Source: Flavobacteriales bacterium (GTDB taxonomy: Bacteria > Bacteroidota > Bacteroidia > Flavobacteriales_F > PHOS-HE28). Taken from it: DNA of 64,000 nt. A program made the position numbers and the translations under genes. The notes under the pieces were generated by a model, which searched no databases, was not told where the DNA came from, and saw only the letters and a list, made by a program, of their open reading frames with translations. The stretch lies in assembly GCA_017987895.1 (NCBI GenBank), contig JAGNSU010000004.1:24773-88772 (forward strand), in the 5' to 3' direction. This document shows, one piece after another, positions 38,389 through 49,462 of the stretch; position 1 is the first letter of the stretch; every line of letters begins with the position of its first letter.

Positions 38389-39270
38389 TTGAACAGCGCA
38401 CTGTTCGTCATGAGGCGCCGCAAGCAAAAGCGGTGCGCTCTCCGGTCTAGATTTGCGCTCCGATCCCGCATGGGCCTCTCGATGGGCGACCATTTGCAAC
38501 GCGTTGGCAGCTACCTGACCCATTTGGCGAAGGCGCGAACAGCGCATGGAGTGCATTCCCCGTTCGTTTATGAGCTGGTGACCCAGGTGCTCCGCGATAG
38601 GACGTCATTGCCTGAGTTCGCGGCCATTGAAAGGCTGCGGGAAGACCTTCTGGACAGCGACCAGACCATTCGCGTAAATGATCTCGGAGCTGGATCACGG
38701 GTGCTGGACCTTCCCGTACGCGGAGTTGCGGATATGGCCCGTTCGGCGCTGAAACCGGCACGCCAGGGTCAGTTGTTGTTCCGCCTCGCCCGGTATTTCC
38801 GGCCACGTACCGTGCTGGAACTCGGCACCTCGTTCGGCATCTCCACACTTTACCTGGCCCAAGGTGCGGACGAGGGAGAGGTGATCACCATCGAGGGGTG
38901 CCCGCAGACGTACCGCATCGCTCAACATCACTTCGACCGGGTGCGCTGTGGCAACATTCTGCCCCTTTTGGGAAGTTTCAGATCAAAGCTCCCGGAAGTG
39001 TTCAGGCGGCATGATCATCTTGACCTGGTCTTCCTCGACGGCCACCACTTGAAAGAACCTACCCTGGATTACTTCGCCCTATGCATGGATCACGTTAGCA
39101 GTGGCAGCGTGCTTGTCTTCGACGATATCCATTGGAGCCGGGGTATGGAGGAAGCCTGGGAAGTTGTGAAGTCCCATCCCCGCGTTTCTGTCACCATCGA
39201 CCTGTACGACATGGGGCTCGTATTCTTCCGCGAGCAGCAGGCAACGCAGCACTTCCGGATCCGTTATTAG
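38389..39270 (+). CDS. Class I SAM-dependent methyltransferase (O-methyltransferase-like)
   Basis: VLELGTSFGISTLYLA (motif I), LVFLDGHH, VLVFDDIHW; true start may be the internal Met at about 38482 (MGDHLQRV). Confidence 0.6.
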   Translation: MNSALFVMRRRKQKRCALRSRFALRSRMGLSMGDHLQRVGSYLTHLAKARTAHGVHSPFVYELVTQVLRDRTSLPEFAAIERLREDLLDSDQTIRVNDLGAGSRVLDLPVRGVADMARSALKPARQGQLLFRLARYFRPRTVLELGTSFGISTLYLAQGADEGEVITIEGCPQTYRIAQHHFDRVRCGNILPLLGSFRSKLPEVFRRHDHLDLVFLDGHHLKEPTLDYFALCMDHVSSGSVLVFDDIHWSRGMEEAWEVVKSHPRVSVTIDLYDMGLVFFREQQATQHFRIRY

Positions 39271-39310
39271 CCGGAGCTGTCATCAAAGCGATGCTCCGCT
39301 ACCTTCGAGC

Positions 39311-41896
39311 ATGTTCTCCCAGGTCACTCGCTTGGCGTTTCTAGCTGTTCTTATCAGCCCTTCCCATGCGAGCGGCCAACTGCTCCAGTGGCTCGTCCGC
39401 GATGTCGGTGGTGTGCATGTGATGGACCTGAGCACGCCCCAACCCACGGTCGGGCCGATCGTTCCTGGCCTGGGGACCTCGGGCGCGGAGGATGTGAACA
39501 TGATGACGGACCAGAACGGCAATGTTCTCTTCTGCACAGCGGTGAACGATCTGGACGAAGTGAAGGTCTACGATGCGACACTTTCTCAAATGCCCAATGG
39601 TACCGGGCTATTTGGCCACAATAGCAGTTTGCAATCGGCCATTTCTCCTATCCCCTGCCACACCGAGAAATACTACTTGATCCACCTGGAGACCGGTCCA
39701 GTGGGCGCGCTGTACTATTCGGTGGTGGACATGACCTTGAACGGTGGTTCCGGGGATGTCGCTCAGGCGAACACGTTGATCGGCACGGGGTTCACCGAGG
39801 GGCTGGCTGTGTCGCGTCAACTGCCCAACGGCTGTCGCTGGTTGTTCAGCAGCCTGCGATCGGGGAACAGCTATCAGCTCGTACGTTGCCTTATATCCCA
39901 TACAGGGATCGGGCCTCCCGCGATACTGGCAACAGTACCCACCTCCCTACCCGCCAATGCTTGGAACGAGATCGAACTGGGTCCGGACAATACGCGGATC
40001 GCGATGAGCACAGGAACAACGACGGGATCCGATCCGGACATCACCGTCTGGGACTTGGACCTTACGACCGGAACGGTCACCAACGCCATCGCTCTCCAGG
40101 TTTCCACCGACCCCATTATCGGTGTGCAGTTCTCGCCCATGGGTAACTACATCTACTATGTGGGTAACGGAACCACCGATGATATGGACTTCGGTCGCGT
40201 GGAGCTGGGCACATGGGTGGCACAGCTTATAGACCCCATGATGGGCAAGTATCTGACCATGGTGGAACTCGCCGGGAACGGACGCATCTATGTCGGGTTG
40301 AACTACAACTACGATCACCTCGCTGAAGTGGCCTCGCCCGACGAACCGTTGCTACCGAACATCGGCTATGCCCACAACGCTGTGTTGGTGCCGGGATCCG
40401 GATGCCGACCGGCACTCCCCAATGCGATAGAGGGAGAACCACCTGGAACCACGATCACGCCTGCATATATCGCGTTCAGCGCATATTCGGTCGGGCCGTG
40501 CGATACCTATCAGTTCGTGGACAGCACTTGCCTCACCACCTGGTGGGAGTGGAATTTCGGCGATGGCACCTCCTCCAACGACCCCTCTCCTGTGCATACG
40601 TTCCCCAGCGGCACGTTCGATATCACGCTCCGCGTTGTGGCGTGCGGTGATACGTTGGAGTTGATAAGCCCGGCGTTCATCCAATCGAACACGGCTCCTT
40701 CGGATGCGATCATGATCCTGCCGGATACGCTTTGCACCGGACAGACCGTGGCTTTCGGCAATGTGTCGAACGCCGCCAACACCTTTCTCTGGGACCTGGG
40801 CGATGGAACCCTGAGCACGGATAGTTTCCCAGTGCATACCTACACGTCCAGTGGCACCTACACCGTTTCTCTTATCGTCACCAATAGCTGTTCCAGCGAC
40901 ACCGCTGTGGGCGAAGTGCATGTGATCGAAGGAGGTACCGCATCCTTCACCACGAGCGGTACATGTACCACCACGATCGCTTTCACCAATACGAGCACCG
41001 GCAGCACGAACGGCATTTGGGATCTCGGCGATGGAGCGACCAGTAGTGACTGGTCACCGGTCCATTCGTATCCCGGCCCTGGGAGCTATGTGGTGCAACT
41101 CATCGTGGGCCCAGGGACCATCTGTGCGGATAGTACATCGCAAACGATCGACATTGATACGAGACCCAGTGCCGTGTTCACCGATTCACTGGGTTGCCAA
41201 CAGGACCTGTTCCTGTACGACGGCAGTAGCGGTGCTGTGTCGTGGTTATGGTCCTTTGGGGATGGGGGCACCTCGCTCTTGCCTTCGCCCCAGCACTTGT
41301 ATGATACTGCTGGCATCTACCCGGTGACCTTGGTGGTGTCATCGGCTCTGGGTTGCTCGGACACGACTTCCCTTGTGGTCGAGGTGCCGCCGGGTGTTGT
41401 CTCCGCGTTCCGTGCGGAAATGGAGACTTGTAGTGGGGCATGGACCTTCGTGAACCTCAGCACGAACGCCTTCGAATACGAATGGTCGCTGGGCGATGGA
41501 ACGATGACGGAACCGTTTTCGCCCATCCATGTCTATGCATCCCCCGGATCATACACCGTTGAACTGATCTCCCTGAACGGCCTGGGGTGCGCGGATACCA
41601 CCGCACACATCGTCCATGTTCCGGAGACCACCCCGGAAGCGCAGCTGTTCGTGCCGAACTGTTTCACCCCGAACGATGATGGGATCAACGATCGTTTCGT
41701 GCTTGGAGGCTCAGCGGATTGCCTTACCGCCCGGCTCAGCATATTCAACCGATGGGGCGCCATCCTGCTCGATGGCTCCGCACAGCTCTCATGGGACGGC
41801 ACGTTCAACGGCCAAAAAGTACCGGACGGTGTCTATATGTACCTGGTAGAGTCTGAAGATCTTGTGTACCGGGGCCATGTCACGCTGCTCAGATGA
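39311..41896 (+). CDS. Secreted protein with five PKD repeats and a C-terminal T9SS type B sorting domain (gliding motility-associated C-terminal domain)
   Basis: Signal peptide; five W-x-[FL]GDG-T...P-x-H-x-[YF] PKD signatures; C-terminus FVPNCFTPNDDGINDRFVL...IFNRWGAILL...PDGVYMYLVE. Confidence 0.8.
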   Translation: MFSQVTRLAFLAVLISPSHASGQLLQWLVRDVGGVHVMDLSTPQPTVGPIVPGLGTSGAEDVNMMTDQNGNVLFCTAVNDLDEVKVYDATLSQMPNGTGLFGHNSSLQSAISPIPCHTEKYYLIHLETGPVGALYYSVVDMTLNGGSGDVAQANTLIGTGFTEGLAVSRQLPNGCRWLFSSLRSGNSYQLVRCLISHTGIGPPAILATVPTSLPANAWNEIELGPDNTRIAMSTGTTTGSDPDITVWDLDLTTGTVTNAIALQVSTDPIIGVQFSPMGNYIYYVGNGTTDDMDFGRVELGTWVAQLIDPMMGKYLTMVELAGNGRIYVGLNYNYDHLAEVASPDEPLLPNIGYAHNAVLVPGSGCRPALPNAIEGEPPGTTITPAYIAFSAYSVGPCDTYQFVDSTCLTTWWEWNFGDGTSSNDPSPVHTFPSGTFDITLRVVACGDTLELISPAFIQSNTAPSDAIMILPDTLCTGQTVAFGNVSNAANTFLWDLGDGTLSTDSFPVHTYTSSGTYTVSLIVTNSCSSDTAVGEVHVIEGGTASFTTSGTCTTTIAFTNTSTGSTNGIWDLGDGATSSDWSPVHSYPGPGSYVVQLIVGPGTICADSTSQTIDIDTRPSAVFTDSLGCQQDLFLYDGSSGAVSWLWSFGDGGTSLLPSPQHLYDTAGIYPVTLVVSSALGCSDTTSLVVEVPPGVVSAFRAEMETCSGAWTFVNLSTNAFEYEWSLGDGTMTEPFSPIHVYASPGSYTVELISLNGLGCADTTAHIVHVPETTPEAQLFVPNCFTPNDDGINDRFVLGGSADCLTARLSIFNRWGAILLDGSAQLSWDGTFNGQKVPDGVYMYLVESEDLVYRGHVTLLR

Positions 41897-41948
41897 CAGG
41901 AGCCTGTACACCGCTACTTTCGCCGTCGTGGCGGCTGACCGATCCAGT

Positions 41949-42500
41949 ATGAAGATCTACACACGCACTGGAGACAAGGGCACTACGGGCCTGCTCGGCG
42001 GTGAACGCGTGCCAAAGGACCATTTGCGCATCGAGGCCTATGGGACCGTGGACGAATTGAACAGCCAGCTCGGCTTGTTGCGGGACCTGACGGGGGAGGG
42101 GCGCAGAGTGTTCCTTACCGGGATCCAAGAAACACTTTTCGCGCTGGGATCACGATTGGCTTGCGGGTCGGACGCGGAGGCCGACCGGTTCAAGGTGCCT
42201 CCAATTACGGATCCCGACGTGGAAGCGCTCGAAGTCGCCATGGACACCATGGACAAGGACCTTCCGGCGATGCGGAACTTCATCCTTCCGGGCGGACATG
42301 CTACCGTATCGCAGGCGCATATCTGCCGCACCGTGTGCCGGCGCGCAGAACGACGGGTGGTACAATTGGCCGACCACGAGCAAATTCCAGAGGTGCTGGT
42401 GCGCTACCTGAACCGCCTCAGCGACCTGTTGTTCGTGCTGGCGCGCCATCTCGGGCACGAACTAGGCATAGTAGAGACCCCGTGGAAGCCGCGCGGATGA
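41949..42500 (+). CDS. ATP:cob(I)alamin adenosyltransferase (PduO/MMAB type)
   Basis: MKIYTRTGDKGTTGLLGG...EAYGTVDELNSQLG...FILPGG; 183 aa. Confidence 0.8.
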   Translation: MKIYTRTGDKGTTGLLGGERVPKDHLRIEAYGTVDELNSQLGLLRDLTGEGRRVFLTGIQETLFALGSRLACGSDAEADRFKVPPITDPDVEALEVAMDTMDKDLPAMRNFILPGGHATVSQAHICRTVCRRAERRVVQLADHEQIPEVLVRYLNRLSDLLFVLARHLGHELGIVETPWKPRG

Positions 42501-42574
42501 AGCGAGAGCAAGGCTATCGGACGGTCCCTTTGGCACCGGTGGATAACTCGCCGCCCGCCGCATCGCGATCCGGT

Positions 42575-42582
42575 TATATTTG
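42575..42582 (+). promoter_or_regulatory. TAnnTTTG -7 promoter box (TATATTTG) upstream of the DUF2795 gene
   Basis: Exact match to the Bacteroidota sigma-A -7 consensus, 35 nt upstream of the ATG at 42618. Confidence 0.45.
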
Positions 42583-42617
42583 CGCCCGTTTTACTGAAAC
42601 CTGCAATCCGCGCTGCG

Positions 42618-42839
42618 ATGTATTGGACGCTTGAACTAGCCTCGTACTTGGAGGATGCCCCCTGGCCCGCCACCAAGGACGAGCTGATCGATTTCGCGAT
42701 GCGTACTGGTGCGCCGCTGGAAGTAGTGGAGAACCTGCAGGCCATTGAGGATGATGAGGAGGTGTTCGAGAGCATTGAGGATATTTGGCCCGATTACCCA
42801 AGCAAGGAGGACTTCTTCTTCAACGAGGACGAATACTGA
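42618..42839 (+). CDS. DUF2795 domain-containing small protein
   Basis: YWTLELASYLEDAPWPATKDELIDFA matches the conserved DUF2795 N-terminal pattern; acidic tail. Confidence 0.65.
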   Translation: MYWTLELASYLEDAPWPATKDELIDFAMRTGAPLEVVENLQAIEDDEEVFESIEDIWPDYPSKEDFFFNEDEY

Positions 42840-42861
42840 GCGAAACCGGATCGTCCTTATC

Positions 42862-42887
42862 AAAAGCCTCCGGACCGGGGGCTTTTT
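42862..42887 (+). terminator. Intrinsic terminator after the DUF2795 gene
   Basis: AAAA GCCTCC GGACC GGGGGC TTTTT. Confidence 0.6.
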
Positions 42888-43015
42888 CCTTGGCCTGACA
42901 GGCTGTCCGGCGGACGCCACCGGCATGGTCCGTGCTGCTCGCGGGACCGTTAACTTCGCGCCCTTTCGCGATGGGCCCACCGTGAGCGGCCCTCTTCCCA
43001 ACGCCCCCTCCCACC

Positions 43016-46000
43016 ATGCTCGGTGTATTCAACAAAGCGATCAAGTCCATTTTCGGCGACAAAGCCACACGTGACCTGAAGGAAGTGACCCCGTTGGTCG
43101 AACAGGTCAAAGTGGAATACTCCAAACTCTCCGCCCTGGACCATGACGGTCTGCGTGCCCGCAGCGCTGCCCTGCGCTCGCTGATCCGGGAGCGCGTTCG
43201 CGTGGAGGAGGAGCGGCAGCAAGCACTGCGGGCGGAGATCGATGCCGACCCGCACATGGACATACACGCCCGAGAGGCACGGTACGAGGAGGTCGACACC
43301 CTCGAAAGCACCATCATTAAGCGTATGGAGGAAGTGCTGCTCGAGATCCTACCCGAGGCCTTCGCCATCATCAAGGATACCGCCCGCCGCTTCAAAGAGG
43401 AAAAGGAACTCCGCGTCACAGCGACCGAACATGATCGGAACCTGGCCACCACGCGTGACAGTGTCGTGGTGGAAGGAGAAAAGGCCGTTTGGAAGAACAC
43501 TTGGACGGCCGCAGGTACCCCTACGACCTGGGACATGGTCCACTACGACGTCCAGTTGATCGGAGGCGTCGCGCTGCATAGCGGCAAGATCGCCGAGATG
43601 GGTACCGGTGAAGGCAAAACACTCGTTGCCACGCTGCCGGTGTTCCTGAACGCGCTGGCGGGCCGAGGTGTGCATGTGGTCACCGTGAACGATTACCTGA
43701 GCAAACGTGACAGCGAGTGGATGGGCCCGATCTATGAATTCCATGGCCTCTCCGTGGATTGCATCGACAAGCACCAGCCCAACAGCGCGGAGCGTCGGCA
43801 GGCCTACCTGGCGGACATCACCTTCGGCACCAACAACGAGTTCGGGTTCGACTATCTGCGCGATAACATGGCGCATGCACCCTCCGCACAAGTTCAACGC
43901 AAGCACCACTTCGCCATCGTGGATGAAGTGGACAGCGTGCTGATCGACGATGCGCGCACTCCGCTCATTATCAGCGGCCCCACCCCAAAGGGCGAAGTAC
44001 ACCAGTTCGATGAGTACAAGCCGCGTGTGGAGCGACTTTACGCGGCCCAACGTCAGTTGGTCACCAAGCTCCTGGCCGAGGCGAAGGAGGCCCTGAAGGG
44101 CCTTGGGGAGGGCAACCCCTCCAAAGAACAACTGGAACGAGGCGGCATTGCTCTCCTGCGCGCGCACCGCGGTCTACCGAAGAACAATGCGCTGATCAAA
44201 TTCCTCAGCGAACCCGGCGTACGCGCCCACCTGCAGAAGACCGAGAACTTCTACATGCAGGACCAGAGCAAGGAAATGCCGAAGGTGGATCTGGAGCTCT
44301 TCTTCGTGATCGAGGAGAAGCAGAACCAGATCGAGCTCACCGAAAAGGGCGTGGACCTCATCAGTGGCGATGTGCAGGACGCGCACTTCTTCATTATGCC
44401 CGACGTGGGGGCCACCATCGCCGAGATCGAAAAGAGCGGCGCATCGGTGGAAGAAAAAGCCAGGCGCAAGGACGAACTGCTCCGCGACTTCGCCATCAAG
44501 AGCGAACGCATACACACCGTGAACCAGCTGATCCGCGCTTACACCCTGTTCGAGAAGGACGTGGAGTACGTGGTGATGGACGGCAAGGTGAAGATCGTGG
44601 ACGAGCAAACAGGCCGAATAATGGAAGGGCGCCGCTACAGCGACGGACTGCACCAAGCCATTGAGAGCAAGGAAAGCGTTAAGGTGGAAGCCGCCACGCA
44701 GACCTACGCGACCATCACCCTGCAGAACTACTTCCGCATGTACCACAAACTGGCGGGCATGACCGGAACAGCGGAAACGGAAGCCCAGGAACTGTGGGAC
44801 ATCTACAAACTGGATGTGATGTCCATCCCGACCAACCGGCCGGTGGTGCGGATCGATAATGAGGACATGGTCTTTAAGACCAAACGTGAGAAGTATACCG
44901 CGGTGATCGACGAGATCGCGAAACTGCAAGAGGCCAACCGCCCGGTGCTGGTAGGCACGACCAGTGTTGAAGTGAGCGAGTTGATGAGCAAAATGCTCAC
45001 GATGCGCAACATCAAGCATAACGTATTGAACGCGAAGCAGCACGCGCGTGAGGCCGAGATCGTCGCCCAGGCCGGCCTACCCGGTACGGTGACCATCGCC
45101 ACCAACATGGCGGGGCGGGGCACGGACATCAAGTTGGGCCCTGGCGTAAAGGAAGCAGGCGGCCTGGCCATCATCGGTACGGAAAAACACGAGAGCCGAC
45201 GCGTGGACCGCCAGCTTCGGGGCCGCAGCGGACGGCAGGGCGACCCGGGATCCTCCCAGTTCTACATCAGCCTGGAGGACGACCTGATGCGCCTGTTCGG
45301 TAGCGAGCGCATCGCAAAGCTCATGGATACACTTGGCCTGAAGGAAGGTGAGGTGATCCAGCACGCGATGGTGACGCGCAGCATCGAACGCGCCCAGAAG
45401 AAGGTGGAGGAGAACAACTTCGGCACCCGCAAACGGCTGTTGGAATATGACGACGTGATGAACAGCCAGCGCACCGTGATCTACAAGCGGCGCAACCACG
45501 CGCTGTTCGGCGAACGGCTGAAGCTGGATATCTTGAACATGTTCAACGATGTGGGGCAGTCCACCGTGACCCAGCACCACGAGACCGGGGATTTTGAGGG
45601 GTACCAACTGGAGCTATACCGGCGTCTGCACTGCGAAAGTCCGGTGAACGCGGAAGAGTTCCGGAAGAGCGACCCGGACAGGTTGGTGGAACAAGTGTTC
45701 GAAGCGGCGATGAGCACCTACGAACGGCGCGGGGCCAAACTGGCGGAGCAAGCGCTACCGGTGATCAGTGACGTGTACCTTAACCAGGGGGCGCAGTACG
45801 AGAACATCGTGGTGCCGATCACCGACGGTATCCGCACCATGCAAGTGGTCACCAATTTGGAGAAGTGCTACCGCAGCGGAGGACGCGAACTGATAGGCAG
45901 CATCGAGAAGTACATCACCCTGGCGATCATCGACAACGAGTGGAAGGAGCACTTGCGCGAAATGGACGAGTTGCGCCGGAACGTGCAGAACGCGAGCATC

Positions 46001-46390
46001 GAGCAGAAGGATCCCCTGTTGATCTACAAGTTGGAGAGCTTCAACCTCTTCAAGGCCATGATGGAGAAGTTGAACGGTGATGTGGTGGGGTTCCTGGCCG
46101 GCGCGGGATTGCCTTCGGCCCAACCCAACGTGCAACAGGCCCAGGCCCCGCGTGCACCGCAGCAGAAGCTACAGACCAGCCGCACCGACGTTCCACAGTA
46201 CGCCGGTGCCAGCAGCAGCGGAGCTCCCGCCCCGCGACCCTCCGGTCCGGCCCATCGCCAACCTCCACCACCCGCTGGACCACCACGCCAGGTTCAACCG
46301 GTGCGGGTGGAGAAAAAAGTGGGACGGAACGATCCCTGCCCTTGCGGAAGCGGCAAGAAATTCAAGCAGTGCCACGGTAAGGAGGCGTAA
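43016..46390 (+). CDS. secA: Preprotein translocase ATPase SecA
   Basis: 1124 aa; DEAD motor motifs [11 protein letters not shown] and [19 protein letters not shown]; C-terminal zinc-binding [14 protein letters not shown]. Confidence 0.95.
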   Translation: MLGVFNKAIKSIFGDKATRDLKEVTPLVEQVKVEYSKLSALDHDGLRARSAALRSLIRERVRVEEERQQALRAEIDADPHMDIHAREARYEEVDTLESTIIKRMEEVLLEILPEAFAIIKDTARRFKEEKELRVTATEHDRNLATTRDSVVVEGEKAVWKNTWTAAGTPTTWDMVHYDVQLIGGVALHSGKIAEMGTGEGKTLVATLPVFLNALAGRGVHVVTVNDYLSKRDSEWMGPIYEFHGLSVDCIDKHQPNSAERRQAYLADITFGTNNEFGFDYLRDNMAHAPSAQVQRKHHFAIVDEVDSVLIDDARTPLIISGPTPKGEVHQFDEYKPRVERLYAAQRQLVTKLLAEAKEALKGLGEGNPSKEQLERGGIALLRAHRGLPKNNALIKFLSEPGVRAHLQKTENFYMQDQSKEMPKVDLELFFVIEEKQNQIELTEKGVDLISGDVQDAHFFIMPDVGATIAEIEKSGASVEEKARRKDELLRDFAIKSERIHTVNQLIRAYTLFEKDVEYVVMDGKVKIVDEQTGRIMEGRRYSDGLHQAIESKESVKVEAATQTYATITLQNYFRMYHKLAGMTGTAETEAQELWDIYKLDVMSIPTNRPVVRIDNEDMVFKTKREKYTAVIDEIAKLQEANRPVLVGTTSVEVSELMSKMLTMRNIKHNVLNAKQHAREAEIVAQAGLPGTVTIATNMAGRGTDIKLGPGVKEAGGLAIIGTEKHESRRVDRQLRGRSGRQGDPGSSQFYISLEDDLMRLFGSERIAKLMDTLGLKEGEVIQHAMVTRSIERAQKKVEENNFGTRKRLLEYDDVMNSQRTVIYKRRNHALFGERLKLDILNMFNDVGQSTVTQHHETGDFEGYQLELYRRLHCESPVNAEEFRKSDPDRLVEQVFEAAMSTYERRGAKLAEQALPVISDVYLNQGAQYENIVVPITDGIRTMQVVTNLEKCYRSGGRELIGSIEKYITLAIIDNEWKEHLREMDELRRNVQNASIEQKDPLLIYKLESFNLFKAMMEKLNGDVVGFLAGAGLPSAQPNVQQAQAPRAPQQKLQTSRTDVPQYAGASSSGAPAPRPSGPAHRQPPPPAGPPRQVQPVRVEKKVGRNDPCPCGSGKKFKQCHGKEA

Positions 46391-46418
46391 CCCATCCCGT
46401 GACCTGGAACAAAGGCCG

Positions 46419-46442
46419 AAGGCCCCGACGTATCGGGGCCTT
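46419..46442. terminator. Bidirectional terminator hairpin between convergent secA and the TonB-like gene
   Basis: Perfect 10-bp stem AAGGCCCCGA CGTA TCGGGGCCTT. Confidence 0.6.
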
Positions 46443-46468
46443 CCTGCTATGGTGTATGACGTGTGGTT

Positions 46469-47164
46469 CTAGAAATCGATCGGCACGCGCATCTGCACGC
46501 GCACCGGGCGCCCCTGGTCCATTCCAGGGCTCCAAGGTGAAGTGCCCTTCAAGGCGTCCACCACGCGTTGGTCCAGGAGTTCGCTTTCCCCCTCCACAAC
46601 CTTCACTTCGGAGAGGTTCCCGTCCTTCTCTACCGTAACGCTGGTGATCACCTCTCCTTTGACGCGGGTATCTCCCGTGGTCACTTTGGAGCGGACATAC
46701 TTCACCAGCGCCTTCTCTCCGCCAGGATAGCGAGGCATGGTCTCCGCGCGGGTATAGAGAATGCTCGCGAGCGCGTCGGGATCATAGACTTTTTCCGCCA
46801 GTTCGCGACCCCATTGATCAAAGCGTTGCCAAACACCGCTCTTCAACCCTTCCGCGAAATCACCGGTGCTCTCCACCTTCCCATTGGGATGGTAGAACGT
46901 GAACCGGCCATGCGGAACACACAGTTGTGGATCCGCGTAGTGGCCCTCGGAGAGCAGCTTCTTCTTGACCGAATAAGTGCGGCCCAAATAGAACGCACCC
47001 TCCATGCCCTCCAATACCCTGTAGTACGATGCCTTGCCCTTGGTGGTCACCTCAAGCTGTCCGTTGAGGTATACCGGCTCAGGGGTCTGTCCGGCCGCAG
47101 TGGGCTGGGTCACCAACACCGTGAACACGATGGCGACAAGGGCGGGTATCAAGTGGCGTTTCAC
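46469..47164 (-). CDS. TonB C-terminal domain protein with MORN/YwqK-like repeats
   Basis: Signal/TM, GHYADPQLCVPHGRFTFYHPNGKVESTGDFAEGLKSGVWQRFDQWG (MORN-variant) and TonB-C-like AETMPRYPGGEKALVKYV...VTVEKDGNLSEVKVV. Confidence 0.55.
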   Translation of the reverse strand: MKRHLIPALVAIVFTVLVTQPTAAGQTPEPVYLNGQLEVTTKGKASYYRVLEGMEGAFYLGRTYSVKKKLLSEGHYADPQLCVPHGRFTFYHPNGKVESTGDFAEGLKSGVWQRFDQWGRELAEKVYDPDALASILYTRAETMPRYPGGEKALVKYVRSKVTTGDTRVKGEVITSVTVEKDGNLSEVKVVEGESELLDQRVVDALKGTSPWSPGMDQGRPVRVQMRVPIDF

Positions 47165-47235
47165 AGTGGTGTCCGGTTCCGGGAAGACCGGACCGACACT
47201 TGATACGGGGAGCCGCAGGCAGGGTTACACTGAGC

Positions 47236-48774
47236 CTATCCGGCCCATCCCTCGCGGTCAAGGCTCCGGTACTGAATGGCTTCGGCCAGATGCTCCGTGC
47301 GGATATCCGGGCTGCCCGCAAGATCAGCGATGGTGCGCGCTACCTTGAGGATCCGATCATAGGCCCGAGCGCTGAGGCCCAATCGTTCCATCGCCTTCTC
47401 CAGCAAGGCCTTGCCCGCACCGTCAATGCGGCAGATCTCCCGTAATTGTCGACTACCTATTTGTGCATTGCAATGGAGGCCCCTCCCTTCGTAGCGCTTC
47501 TCCTGGATCCGACGCGCTCGAATGACCCGTTCGCGCATCGTGGCGCTATGTTCGGTAGGGCGTTCCGCGCTCAGTTCACTGAACGGTACAGGGGTTACTT
47601 CGATATGGATGTCGATCCGATCCAGCAGGGGGCCACTGATCTTGTTCAAGTACTTCTGCACAACGCCGGGGGCGCAAACACATTCCTTCTCCGGGTGATT
47701 ATAGAAACCGCACGGGCACGGGTTCATCGCCGCCACTAGCATGAAGCTCGCCGGATACTCCACAGTGAATTTGGCCCGACTGATCGTGACCATGCGATCC
47801 TCTAGAGGTTGTCGCAATACCTCCAGCACGGTGCGCTTGAACTCCGGCAATTCATCCAGGAAGAGTACGCCGTTATGCGCCAGGCTGATCTCGCCGGGCT
47901 GCGGATAGGATCCGCCACCTACGAGCGCTACATCACTGATGGTATGATGCGGCGAACGATAGGGACGCACGCTGAGGAGGCTATCCTCCTTACGCAGCTT
48001 ACCGGCCACGCTGTGGATCTTGGTCGTCTCAAGCGCTTCTTCCAGATTGAGCGGAGGCAAGATCGTAGGAAGGCGCTTGGCCAGCATGGTCTTGCCTGCG
48101 CCGGGCGGACCGATCATGATGATATTATGCCCACCCGCGGCAGCGATCTCAAAGGCCCGTTTGATGTTCTCCTGCCCCTTTACGTCCGAAATGTCCACCG
48201 AATAGGAGCTGCTGCTGGAAGCGAATTCCGCCTCGATATCCACCTGCTCGGGGACTACACCGGGTCGGTCGTTCAGGATATCTATCACCTCGCGCAAATG
48301 CTGAACGCCATACACCGTGAGCCCGTTCACAATAGCGGCCTCCCGGGCGTTCTGCCGCGGCAGGATGATGCCCTTGAAACCCAAGCGCTTCGCTTCGATG
48401 GCGATGGGTAACGCACCCTTGATAGGGCGAACACCGCCATCCATGGATAGTTCGCCCATGACCAGATGGTCCGCGAAGCGATCGGAAGGGATCTGGCCGG
48501 TGCTGCCGAGTATGCCTACGGCCATGGGAAGATCGTAGGCGCTGCCCTCCTTATGCACATCGGCAGGCGCGAGATTGATCACCGTACGCTTGCCGCGCGG
48601 GAAGTAGAGGCCACAGCTACGCACGGCATTGTCCATGCGATGATAACTCTCCTTCACCGCGTTGTCCGGCAGGCCTACCAGATAGAACTTGACCCCCTTT
48701 GAGACGTCCACTTCGGCGGTGACGATCGTAGCATTGATGCCGAACACCGCGCTACCGAAGACCTTGACCAGCAT
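47236..48774 (-). CDS. comM: YifB/ComM family Mg-chelatase-like AAA+ ATPase
   Basis: [23 protein letters not shown]...; Walker [14 protein letters not shown]; 512 aa. Confidence 0.9.
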   Translation of the reverse strand: MLVKVFGSAVFGINATIVTAEVDVSKGVKFYLVGLPDNAVKESYHRMDNAVRSCGLYFPRGKRTVINLAPADVHKEGSAYDLPMAVGILGSTGQIPSDRFADHLVMGELSMDGGVRPIKGALPIAIEAKRLGFKGIILPRQNAREAAIVNGLTVYGVQHLREVIDILNDRPGVVPEQVDIEAEFASSSSSYSVDISDVKGQENIKRAFEIAAAGGHNIIMIGPPGAGKTMLAKRLPTILPPLNLEEALETTKIHSVAGKLRKEDSLLSVRPYRSPHHTISDVALVGGGSYPQPGEISLAHNGVLFLDELPEFKRTVLEVLRQPLEDRMVTISRAKFTVEYPASFMLVAAMNPCPCGFYNHPEKECVCAPGVVQKYLNKISGPLLDRIDIHIEVTPVPFSELSAERPTEHSATMRERVIRARRIQEKRYEGRGLHCNAQIGSRQLREICRIDGAGKALLEKAMERLGLSARAYDRILKVARTIADLAGSPDIRTEHLAEAIQYRSLDREGWAG

Positions 48775-48779
48775 GGTGC

Positions 48780-49355
48780 TTAGGCTAGCTCCTGTTCGAT
48801 ATGGTCGATCAAGGCATGGATCACCTTGATATGCACCTCTTGGACCCTATCGGCAAAGCCATGGTGCGGCACGCGCACTTCGACGGTACACAGCGGAGCG
48901 AGCGCACCGCCATCCTTGCCTGTAAGGCCGATCACATGCATCTGCCTGGCCCGTGCCATCTCCGCAGCACGTAGCACGTTCGGACTGTTACCACTGGTAC
49001 TTATCGCAAGAAGCACATCACCTTCCCGGCCATGGGCCTCCACGAAACGGGAGAACACCTGGTCAAATCCATGATCGTTCCCCACACACGTGATGTGACC
49101 GGGATCGCTGATGGCGATCGCCGCGATGGGTGGGCGATCGTTCCGGAAACGCCCCGTTAGCTCCTCCGCGAAATGCATGGCATCGCACATGCTCCCACCG
49201 TTCCCGCAGCTGATCACCTTGGCCCCTTGCTTCAAGCAATAGCTGATGAAGGCCGCCGCGCGCTCTACGTTTACGATGTTCTCCTGGTCCGTGAGGAACC
49301 GTTGAAGCACGTCGGCGGCTTCGGTGAAATGCGATCGGATGCGGTCGTTGCTCAT
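48780..49355 (-). CDS. gmhA: SIS-domain D-sedoheptulose-7-phosphate isomerase (GmhA/DiaA family)
   Basis: [19 protein letters not shown]...[12 protein letters not shown]. Confidence 0.8.
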   Translation of the reverse strand: MSNDRIRSHFTEAADVLQRFLTDQENIVNVERAAAFISYCLKQGAKVISCGNGGSMCDAMHFAEELTGRFRNDRPPIAAIAISDPGHITCVGNDHGFDQVFSRFVEAHGREGDVLLAISTSGNSPNVLRAAEMARARQMHVIGLTGKDGGALAPLCTVEVRVPHHGFADRVQEVHIKVIHALIDHIEQELA

Positions 49356-49462
49356 CCCTCCAAAGATGCATCACAACGCCTGATAGTGCCGACACATCGT
49401 GCGAGGCCCCGGGATCTTTCCCTTGAAGGCCGCCGTTCCAGGAGCGCCAGGCAGGCCCCTCT

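Noticed and set aside
43349-46135. Multiple minus-strand ORFs (43349..44167, 44174..45043, 45077..45607, 45755..46135) inside secA
   Set aside because: Antisense artefacts of a high-GC gene. SecA is continuous and fully conserved on the + strand.
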